Notes under the pieces: generated by a model
What the model was told of the DNA's origin: nothing
Seen by the model: the letters and a program-made list of their open reading frames with translations, nothing else
Databases searched by the model: none
Shown here: positions 25,428 through 32,000 of the stretch, one piece after another
How the letters are laid out: each line of letters opens with the position of its first letter
Numbering within the stretch: position 1 is the first letter of the stretch
Position numbers and translations under genes: made by a program
Source: Nitrosopumilus maritimus SCM1
Lineage (GTDB): Archaea > Thermoproteota > Nitrososphaeria > Nitrososphaerales > Nitrosopumilaceae
Direction: 5' to 3'
DNA length: 32,000 bases
NCBI RefSeq assembly: GCF_000018465.1
Contig: NC_010085.1
Span: 690,001 to 722,000 of the forward strand

Positions 25428-25538
25428 TCAAGGATTTAGAACTTCATTTAACATATTCCAAATTGTAATTGTACCGATAACAATACCTGCAGCTCCCACT
25501 CCAATTGCTAATAACAAAAAATTTTTTCTTTCTGCCAT
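25428..25538 (-). CDS. Possible 36-aa single-pass membrane microprotein
   Basis: Hand translation: MAERKNFLLLAIGVGAAGIVIGTITIWNMLNEVLNP. Its ATG lies 2 nt after the stop of the upstream DUF171 gene. Confidence 0.35.
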   Translation of the reverse strand: MAERKNFLLLAIGVGAAGIVIGTITIWNMLNEVLNP

Positions 25539-25540
25539 GA

Positions 25541-26353
25541 TTATGATACACTTTGTGCATTAATTATTGATAATGTTCCAAGTAATGCTTCTTCTAGTCG
25601 TACTGTTTGTGTAGCTTGGTTTGGAAAAAAGTTTAGTGACTTTGCATTTTGTACATTTTTCATCTTTCCACCTAGAATTTCATGAATTCCTTTCTCAGGA
25701 GAACCAAATACTACAAGTGTTGGCTGATCTGACTTTGTATATTTTGCAATTTGTTCTTTTGTTGCAGTTTTACCCTTTCTTGATGTAAGAATTATGTTCC
25801 CTTTCCATTCTGATAACAATGAAAACAGGTTTGAACGTTCTTTGACGGTATATCCCCAATAATCGGGTGCTTCATTTCTGTTGATTTCTTTAATTGAAAA
25901 GTTTGGATGTCCTTCCTTGAATTGTACTGTCACTCTTTTTCCCATTAGTGTTTTGCCAAAAAATGGAATCAATTGGTTGATTCCAACATCAACAAATCGT
26001 TTTCCTTTGACACTTACTACTATTCCCTCTCTTACATCTCCTTTGTTTATCTTCTTTGGATTTGCTGGTGTAGCGTGACTTGGTATTCTCAGTGGTTGTA
26101 AAACTCCTGCAAACTTCAAATCATTTACTTTTGAAAATAATCTTCGTCTCAAAAATTGTGGAGTTTCTAAATATTTCAGAATCATTACCATGAGATTTCC
26201 ATCTTGTTTGTTGTTTCCTTCTTGGTAGACATAGATTGTCTCAATTTTGAAAATTGCACATGCTCTTGCTAGAACTGAAATTTTTCTAGTCTTGTCTATC
26301 TTTAATGATTCATCTGATAGTGAAGATTCTGGAATTGCAACAGATAATTTCAA
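25541..26353 (-). CDS. Putative SPOUT-class RNA methyltransferase (DUF171 / COG2106)
   Basis: 270 aa. LSVAIPESSLSDE...KTRKISVLARACAIFKIETIYVY is typical of DUF171. It is adjacent to the r-protein operon, as in many archaea. Confidence 0.7.
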   Translation of the reverse strand: MKLSVAIPESSLSDESLKIDKTRKISVLARACAIFKIETIYVYQEGNNKQDGNLMVMILKYLETPQFLRRRLFSKVNDLKFAGVLQPLRIPSHATPANPKKINKGDVREGIVVSVKGKRFVDVGINQLIPFFGKTLMGKRVTVQFKEGHPNFSIKEINRNEAPDYWGYTVKERSNLFSLLSEWKGNIILTSRKGKTATKEQIAKYTKSDQPTLVVFGSPEKGIHEILGGKMKNVQNAKSLNFFPNQATQTVRLEEALLGTLSIINAQSVS

Positions 26354-26384
26354 TATAATCGAGTCTCACAAACAGATAAAATAA

Positions 26385-27122
26385 TTAGTTCTTGTCGTGT
26401 GGATAGTTTTGTTTTGCAGCATTTGCATAATTTGCAACCTGCTCTTCTGAAACTATTTCATACAACCCGCTATCTGTTTTGATATGTGCCATTCTGATAT
26501 GACCAGTTCCATCTTTGTCTTCACTTGATAGATAAATTCCTGCAGCTGCTAATGCAGATGCATCATCTAATGAAAGATCATTCTTGTATGTTTTTTCTAA
26601 AAAGTCAGTTACTTCATCAGAACCTGAACCAATTGCAATTGCATCATATGAGATGTATGTTCCACTTGGGTCAGTCAAATACAATTGTGGCTTACCTCCA
26701 ACAACTCCTCCAAGAATTAGTGCAACACCAAATGGTCTTACACCTGCATATTGGGTATATTGTTGAGATTGATCAGCTAAGTGTTTAGCAATTGTTTCAA
26801 CTTCTACTGGTTCATCGTAAATCATTTTGTTACTTTGAGAAAAGAATCGTGCATTGTCAACTTGACTTCTTGCATCTGGAATGTATCCTGCTGCAGCAAC
26901 TCCAACATGATCATCAATTTGGAAAATCTTTTGTGCTGTTTTAGAAATTTGTAATTTTCTTGGTTTTTCTTCAACTGCAATTACGATACCATCTTTACAC
27001 TTTACACCTACTGCAATTGTTCCTCTTCTTACAGTCTCAATTGCATATTCGACTTGGTATAATCTGCCGTCTGGTGAGAACACTGTAATTGCTCTATCGT
27101 AACCTTGTTGTGCAGGAAGCAT
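26385..27122 (-). CDS. psmA: Proteasome subunit alpha
   Basis: 245 aa. YDRAITVFSPDGRLYQVEYA is the alpha-subunit signature. Confidence 0.92.
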   Translation of the reverse strand: MLPAQQGYDRAITVFSPDGRLYQVEYAIETVRRGTIAVGVKCKDGIVIAVEEKPRKLQISKTAQKIFQIDDHVGVAAAGYIPDARSQVDNARFFSQSNKMIYDEPVEVETIAKHLADQSQQYTQYAGVRPFGVALILGGVVGGKPQLYLTDPSGTYISYDAIAIGSGSDEVTDFLEKTYKNDLSLDDASALAAAGIYLSSEDKDGTGHIRMAHIKTDSGLYEIVSEEQVANYANAAKQNYPHDKN

Positions 27123-27174
27123 TTGATTCCAATGCTTTGAAAGTTTAATTTAAGTCTAGCCTATCTGTTTTACC

Positions 27175-27591
27175 GTGAAATTCAAAATTGAATTTTCAGG
27201 ACATGAAAATATTAGATCAAATCACCAAAAAACCATAGAGATTACAAAAGAGTCTCATTTGACACCTCAGGGTGATTGTATTGTTGGTGTAAATGCAAAT
27301 CACGCATGCGCGGATTTACCACAAGATCTTAAAGAGAAATTAAAAAACCCTGATTCAAAAATTACATTTTCTATTGATGTGGGAGAACATAATTTCACCA
27401 TTGAAGGAAAGGGTCATCCTGATCTTATTCTTACACATGATGAAGATATCGTGATTCGAAAAAGCGACTTTGTTTGTCCTAGAACTTTGGCTGTTAAATG
27501 TGACAAAGCATCTGATTTGTTACCCCGAGAAATGGTTTCTATGTTACAAGATCCTAAAACTAAAGGCACCTTTACAATTACTGTTGATTAA
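27175..27591 (+). CDS. DUF371 domain protein
   Basis: 138 aa with a GTG start. GHENIRSNHQKTIEITKESHLTPQGDCIVGV matches the archaeal DUF371 pattern. Confidence 0.7.
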   Translation: MKFKIEFSGHENIRSNHQKTIEITKESHLTPQGDCIVGVNANHACADLPQDLKEKLKNPDSKITFSIDVGEHNFTIEGKGHPDLILTHDEDIVIRKSDFVCPRTLAVKCDKASDLLPREMVSMLQDPKTKGTFTITVD

Positions 27592-27630
27592 AACTGTGAC
27601 AATTTTATAGTGATTAATTGTATTTTGATC

Positions 27631-27750
27631 ATGGGCACGAAAACTAATCTGTTTATTTTAATACCTCTAGCTGCATTTGCTGCAATAATTCTTGGGTCAG
27701 GAATGTATATGACATTGTGCAAAAACGCTCTTGTCCCTCTTCCTTGCTGA
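27631..27750 (+). CDS. Possible 39-aa membrane microprotein
   Basis: Hand translation: MGTKTNLFILIPLAAFAAIILGSGMYMTLCKNALVPLPC. Confidence 0.25.
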   Translation: MGTKTNLFILIPLAAFAAIILGSGMYMTLCKNALVPLPC

Positions 27751-27818
27751 ATAATTTCCATCTTTAGTTAATTCTGATTTATCATGATTTTCTTAAGACA
27801 TAACAAATACGATCTTTT

Positions 27819-28160
27819 ATGGCAAAACCGACTGTTGAATTACCTATTTCTAAAAAACCAACAGATGCTGAACTAAAAAAACTCAAAGATTATTTCAAAG
27901 AAATGCCTGTTGATGAAATTCTTACTGGACTCAAATTTGCTAAAAATAGATGGTCTGCCAAAGATGCCGGAACTCTAAAGGTCGGAAGAAAGAGCATTAT
28001 CCAAAAAGAAGTTCATTCTGTTACCACTGAACAAGCTCAATGGAGATTAAAAAACTGGAAGATGATGATTGCAAACTATAGAAGAAGAGGATACAGTTAT
28101 CCTACAATTTCTAGAATAAAGAAAATTCTAGTTCAAAAAAGTAAAAAGAAATCAAAGTGA
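27819..28160 (+). CDS. Hypothetical basic protein
   Basis: 113-aa ORF with a Lys-rich C-terminus. No recognisable family. Confidence 0.5.
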   Translation: MAKPTVELPISKKPTDAELKKLKDYFKEMPVDEILTGLKFAKNRWSAKDAGTLKVGRKSIIQKEVHSVTTEQAQWRLKNWKMMIANYRRRGYSYPTISRIKKILVQKSKKKSK

Positions 28161-28161
28161 T

Positions 28162-28356
28162 TCAAATCATTGGTGTTCTAAAACAAATCTCTCCATACAC
28201 ATTAAGACAATAAGTAAACAACAACACAAATCCAATAATTACTGGAGGTGTAAAAATTAGAAAATACGTCCGTGTTTTCATATTTCTTAACTGATCAAAT
28301 ATTCCCATTTTTGTCACTATTGACCATTGAATTGAAGATTCCATCTCTTTGACCAT
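28162..28356 (-). CDS. Possible small membrane protein
   Basis: 64-aa ORF overlapping the upstream gene by 40 nt. An internal ATG at 28308 (MGIFDQL...) would remove the overlap. It has one TM helix. Confidence 0.3.
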   Translation of the reverse strand: MVKEMESSIQWSIVTKMGIFDQLRNMKTRTYFLIFTPPVIIGFVLLFTYCLNVYGEICFRTPMI

Positions 28357-28679
28357 CTTCTAATCATATAAACTGCAATTGCGTATGTGATTGCACTATG
28401 TACTATTATCAATGAAATTCCCAACTCCGTGTTTTCTCCCAAAAGTGCATATCCCCAATTAAACCCGGTTTCTTCCGAGAAGACTTTTGCTGAATAGATA
28501 GAATCTTCTTCAAACGGATATACTACCATTTGAATTACTGTTGAAATTCCTGCCCATGCAAGCATTATTGCCATATACCATCGAAATCTTTTGACTCTGT
28601 ATGATGCAACAATGTCTGCTATTGGAATAAAACAGAAAATTGTTTGCCATGTCATACTTACAGGTCCTTTGGCTGGCAT
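28317..28679 (-). CDS. Hypothetical multi-pass membrane protein
   Basis: 120 aa with three or more hydrophobic segments. Confidence 0.5.
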   Translation of the reverse strand: MPAKGPVSMTWQTIFCFIPIADIVASYRVKRFRWYMAIMLAWAGISTVIQMVVYPFEEDSIYSAKVFSEETGFNWGYALLGENTELGISLIIVHSAITYAIAVYMIRRWSKRWNLQFNGQ

Positions 28680-28760
28680 GAATTTTTGAAATTATGATTG
28701 CTATTTAGCTTTACGAAAGAATTGTTTGTACAAAAAGAAAAGAAAAAGTGGAAATGATTC

Positions 28761-30380
28761 CTACTCGACGTTTATTTCGCCTTGCATCCATGGATGCAAT
28801 TGACAATAGTAGTAGTATTCTCCTTTGGCATTAAATGTGTAAGACCATTCATCGCCACCAGACATGAAACCACTATCAAATAATCCGTCTTCATCATTAG
28901 GTGTTGGTGTTTCTGCCCCTGTGGAACTAACTGAAGTTACTGTGTGTGGTAATGTGTCGGAATTAACCCATGTTACAGTGTCTCCTAGATGAACATGTAG
29001 ATTAGCTGACATGTAACACCAATCATCTACCTCACATCCTGGTACTCCAGAACCTTTTGGTATGTCAACATGATTTGGTGGTAATTCTTTCATTACTGGA
29101 ATACCACTGTCAGACATTGCAGCTACTGCAGCAAGTTCTGCATCTTCAATCACTTCATGAATTTCGTGTAAAACATGTTCTGCTGAATCATTGCCTGAAT
29201 TGTAGACATTGATTTGATTTCCAACATCTTCTACAAGTTCTGATGAAATGTAAAGTGATGTCAAACCACTGTGAACTGCAATCACTCCTGCTATAGTGTC
29301 TTCAGCAGATAGTTCATTCAATTCAAATTTGTGAAGATATTCATCAAGTGCTCCTATGAACTCAGGATTGACATTTTGTGGTTCCGCTGTCAAGTGAACT
29401 GACTCAACTGCATCTGCTCCTGATAGTTTACCTGAATCGATGTGACCAATGATTACATCTACTCCTTCAATAAGATCAGATGTGATGTATAGTCCAACAA
29501 AACCATCATGTACTTCTTTGATTCCATCAATAGCTTCATCAGCTGAAATCTTGCCCTTCTCGAACATGTGAATGACTTCGTCCAATGCACCTTGATACTC
29601 AGGATTGACATTTTGTGGTTCAGCTGTCAAGTGAACTGACTCAACTGCATCTGCTCCTGATAGTTTACCTGAATCGATGTGACCAATGATTACATCTACT
29701 CCTTCAATAAGATCAGATGTGATGTATAGTCCAACAAAACCATCATGTACTTCTTTGATTCCATCAATAGCTTCATCAGCTGAAATCTTGCCCTTCTCGA
29801 ACATGTGAATGACTTCGTCCAATGCACCTTGATACTCAGGATTGACATTTTGTGGTTCAGCTGTCAAGTGAACTGACTCAACTGCATCTGCAGTATTCAA
29901 AGAACCATTGTCATGTAGAGCAAGTTTTTCTCCTACACCGTCAATGATGTCATTTGAGATTTTAGCATCAACATATGCATCATGTACTTCTTTGATTCCA
30001 TCAATAGCTTCATCAGCTGAAATCTTGCCCTTCTCGAACATGTGAATGACTTCGTCTAACTGTGCTGGAAACTCTTCATCTGCATTATTTGCAGAAGGTA
30101 CAATCTTACTTACCTCATGTTCATCATGATCATCTGAATGAGTTTTTTCTGAAACAACTGAAGGATTCAAAAATGTTTTGAACCAATTTGTTTGATATGC
30201 TTCTTTTCCACCTGGATAATCTGAACATAACACCAATCCACAAATGTCGGTACTAGAACCATATTGTGATGTTCCTACGCCTTTTCCTTTTAGAGCTTCA
30301 GCATTTGGAATAACATTTGTTCCAACTATACCAACAATCATGATTGCTGTTATGAAAACAACCATACTTGTTTTAGACAT
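28761..30380 (-). CDS. Secreted protein: signal peptide, four ~79-aa His-bearing helical repeats, and a C-terminal plastocyanin-like (type-1 copper) domain
   Basis: 539 aa with an N-terminal hydrophobic leader. Four LDEVIHMFEKGKISADEAIDGIKEVHD...-type repeats follow. The C-terminal GDTVTWVNSDTLPHTV ... YYCQLHPWMQGEI supplies the His/Cys/His/Met ligand pattern of cupredoxins. Confidence 0.8.
   Translation of the reverse strand: MSKTSMVVFITAIMIVGIVGTNVIPNAEALKGKGVGTSQYGSSTDICGLVLCSDYPGGKEAYQTNWFKTFLNPSVVSEKTHSDDHDEHEVSKIVPSANNADEEFPAQLDEVIHMFEKGKISADEAIDGIKEVHDAYVDAKISNDIIDGVGEKLALHDNGSLNTADAVESVHLTAEPQNVNPEYQGALDEVIHMFEKGKISADEAIDGIKEVHDGFVGLYITSDLIEGVDVIIGHIDSGKLSGADAVESVHLTAEPQNVNPEYQGALDEVIHMFEKGKISADEAIDGIKEVHDGFVGLYITSDLIEGVDVIIGHIDSGKLSGADAVESVHLTAEPQNVNPEFIGALDEYLHKFELNELSAEDTIAGVIAVHSGLTSLYISSELVEDVGNQINVYNSGNDSAEHVLHEIHEVIEDAELAAVAAMSDSGIPVMKELPPNHVDIPKGSGVPGCEVDDWCYMSANLHVHLGDTVTWVNSDTLPHTVTSVSSTGAETPTPNDEDGLFDSGFMSGGDEWSYTFNAKGEYYYYCQLHPWMQGEINVE
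29361..30057. repeat. Intragenic tandem repeat, period 237 bp
   Basis: 29361-29597 and 29598-29834 differ at one base by my alignment. A third copy (29835-30057) is identical at both ends with a diverged middle. Confidence 0.9.
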
Positions 30381-30466
30381 GAATGGTACAAATGATAAAG
30401 TGTACTTAATCTTGTGTCTATTTCTGAATCTTTATTCTAATAATGTAGAATCAAAAAATTTTCTGT

Positions 30467-31117
30467 TTAGATGAAAATGTCTGTTTTCTTCTCAACAATT
30501 TGTTGTTTGAGAGAATCTGGAACGTCTGGAATTGATGCTTTTGTTTGACCAGCAATAACTCCTTGTGCTTCTTCTAAGATTGCCAATGTATCTGCGTTGG
30601 TTTCTGGACCGACGCTCATTGAATCTCCTAAGTCTACTGATGAGCCTGACATTACATCTCCAAGTACTGATGACAAGTCTTGCATTGACGCATTTGCCTC
30701 TGGCATGATTCCATTAAGTGATGGAGCTAATCCCTTGATTATTGACATACATGGACTGAGTGTGACTACTACATCTCCTAGTTCTGATACTGTATCTAGT
30801 CTAAGTTTGACTTGCTCCATTGAAAGTTTGGCACCACTTACCATGTTTTTCATCTTTCTTACTTGGGCTAATTCATTTGCGTATGCTTGAGCATAGGCAT
30901 TTTTGTTACTTTTATGAGCACTGACTATTTTTTCAAAAATTTGATCATGTTTTACTCGTAATTTTTCATTAATTCCTTCTAATTTTGTTATTTGAAATTG
31001 TAATTTTTTTTGTGCAAAGTCGATTTTGTTCTTTAGTGGCTCATCAGGCTTTACTTTTCCCATGACTTTTTGGGAAATACTTTCTCCCCCTGTGTTGTTC
31101 CAAGAGTTACTTAGCAT
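30467..31117 (-). CDS. cdvB: ESCRT-III/Snf7-family cell-division protein CdvB paralogue
   Basis: 216 aa. It has the coiled-coil helical hairpin pattern (KLQFQITKLEGINEKLRVK...AYAQAYANELAQVRKMKN...MEQVKLRLDTVSELGDVVVTL) and an acidic C-terminal region with LAILEEA. Confidence 0.75.
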   Translation of the reverse strand: MLSNSWNNTGGESISQKVMGKVKPDEPLKNKIDFAQKKLQFQITKLEGINEKLRVKHDQIFEKIVSAHKSNKNAYAQAYANELAQVRKMKNMVSGAKLSMEQVKLRLDTVSELGDVVVTLSPCMSIIKGLAPSLNGIMPEANASMQDLSSVLGDVMSGSSVDLGDSMSVGPETNADTLAILEEAQGVIAGQTKASIPDVPDSLKQQIVEKKTDIFI

Positions 31118-31173
31118 GTCTGATTCTCGATATTGGTCAAAAATTTTGTTTTAAAGAGATTTGTCACCCTAGC

Positions 31174-31211
31174 TAGTGTAACTGGAGTGACAGATAGTTG
31201 TAGTTACACTA
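31174..31211. promoter_or_regulatory. 10-bp inverted repeat with an 18-nt spacer, upstream of cdvB
   Basis: TAGTGTAACT (31174-31183) and AGTTACACTA (31202-31211). It overlaps the stop codon of the upstream gene. A nested TGTCAC/GTGACA pair is also present. Confidence 0.4.
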
Positions 31212-32000
31212 CCCAAAGGTAAATGTGAATATCTGGAATCCCTTACCCTTGACTTTTAACTCCAATACATGGGATGCACTCTCTTCATTGGTAATGATGT
31301 TGTATAGTCCTGGTTCAGAAACACTTAGAGTATTTCCAGATATAATGTCATTGCCAGAGTATTGCACTGGTAATGCTTCTCCATCAAGATAAATCTCTAG
31401 TTCTGCATTATTTGCAGTCACAATGTTTACCTCTTTTGCATTATACAACAATTTAATTTCTCCTTCCTCAGAAATCAATTCCATACTGTCTTCATGGTTT
31501 TTCCATGTTCCAATTGGGTAGAATTTGTGTAATTCTATTTTATCTGACTCTTCATACACAACTGTTTTTTCTGGCTGGAATCCTTCTTCACTACCTAATT
31601 GATTTCTGTTTTGTGCAAAGTAATATCCAAAGTATAACTCTGGTGTTCTAAACAATGTATGTTCAAACTCTTCAATGTCAACTAATGATAAAGCAGATGC
31701 CATTTGAATTCCTAATGAATCAGATCTTTCTTTGATTAATTGTTGAATAATTTTTTCAGTTTCTTGATATCCTCCTTCTCCTATGTGATCATATCTAATG
31801 TAACCTTCATGATCTGCAATGTATTTTCTTGGCCAGTATCTGTTTTCAAACGCTTTCCAAGTTTCCATATCGTTATCCATTACAACTGGATAGTTGATTC
31901 CGTGTTTTTCAATTGACATTTGTACATTTTCAGGGACTTTTTCAAATTCAAATTCTGGAGAATGTACTCCAACAATTAACAATCCTTGATCAGAATATTT
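31209..32000 (-). CDS. Thioredoxin-fold (redoxin/DipZ-like) protein with a C-terminal beta-rich domain; N-terminus lies outside the window
   Basis: The reading frame stays open to the window edge. VGVHSPEFEFEK...INYPVVMDNDMETWKAFENRYWPRKYIADHEGYIRYDHIGEG resembles the thioredoxin-like domain of DipZ-type proteins. Confidence 0.65.
   Translation of the reverse strand, partial: KYSDQGLLIVGVHSPEFEFEKVPENVQMSIEKHGINYPVVMDNDMETWKAFENRYWPRKYIADHEGYIRYDHIGEGGYQETEKIIQQLIKERSDSLGIQMASALSLVDIEEFEHTLFRTPELYFGYYFAQNRNQLGSEEGFQPEKTVVYEESDKIELHKFYPIGTWKNHEDSMELISEEGEIKLLYNAKEVNIVTANNAELEIYLDGEALPVQYSGNDIISGNTLSVSEPGLYNIITNEESASHVLELKVKGKGFQIFTFTFG

Noticed and set aside
2737-25468. Many 60-150-aa ORFs in the track lying antisense to or out of frame with strong CDSs. 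Examples: 2737-2940, 2957-3181, 3897-4103, 6628-6891, 7395-7640, 9975-10160, 10376-10714, 11143-11325, 11411-11602, 12492-12692, 12680-13000, 14043-14252, 15994-16182, 16444-16674, 18358-18573, 20132-20326, 20398-20844, 21015-21215, 21245-21448, 21591-21908, 22035-22319, 23050-23343, 23658-24020, 24803-25024, 25262-25468
   Set aside because: Each is fully or mostly contained within a confidently identified gene on the other strand or in another frame. They have low-complexity, Leu/Phe/Ser-rich composition typical of shadow ORFs in AT-rich DNA.
29361-30057. Possible CRISPR-like or satellite array suggested by near-identical 237-bp repeats (and the short repeats at 13400-13700)
   Set aside because: Both repeat sets are in frame inside long ORFs and encode protein repeats. 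There is no short-repeat/unique-spacer architecture and there are no cas genes.
25881-30890. Further shadow ORFs: 25881-26078, 26525-26788, 26584-26766, 30244-30474, 30597-30890
   Set aside because: Same reasoning. They lie antisense to the DUF171 gene, psmA, the cupredoxin gene and cdvB.

Overview
AT-rich archaeal chromosomal window. The gene content (PurP-type purine pathway, CdvB/ESCRT-III homologue, secreted cupredoxin, archaeal r-protein order with eS4 and an RNase P protein) points to an ammonia-oxidising thaumarchaeon (Nitrosopumilus-like); this is inference only. Layout: (1) 1-4.2 kb: a structured GC-rich ncRNA candidate, purP, ubiX, an SRPBCC protein and tatA/tatC. (2) 4.3-11.7 kb: a small RHH gene pair, then a purine cluster purS-(antisense CBS)-purQ-purL-purF-DUF427-TM protein-purC. 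(3) 12-17.2 kb: a poorly characterised stretch with an ArsR-type regulator, a PPOX-family protein, a histone-H1-like poly-(A/K/P/R) repeat protein, small membrane, secreted and zinc-ribbon proteins, an ORF-free G-run/C-run island of about 0.4 kb, tRNA-Asn(GTT), and four well-conserved copies of a 30-bp palindromic element. (4) 17.5-25.3 kb, minus strand: ribosomal protein operon uL3-uL4-uL23-uS19-uL22-uS3-uL29-Rnp1-uS17-uL14-uL24-eS4-uL5-uS14-uS8-uL6. It lacks uL2 between uL23 and uS19 and stops after uL6. (5) 25.4-32 kb: DUF171 SPOUT methyltransferase, proteasome alpha, DUF371, small membrane proteins, a secreted four-repeat His-bearing protein ending in a type-1 copper (cupredoxin) domain, a stand-alone CdvB paralogue, and a DipZ-like thioredoxin-fold protein that runs off the window edge. 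No CRISPR array, transposase, integrase or recognisable defence system was seen. The most interesting unexplained signals are the palindromic element family, the two GC-rich structured-RNA candidates, the H1-like protein and the repeat-cupredoxin.
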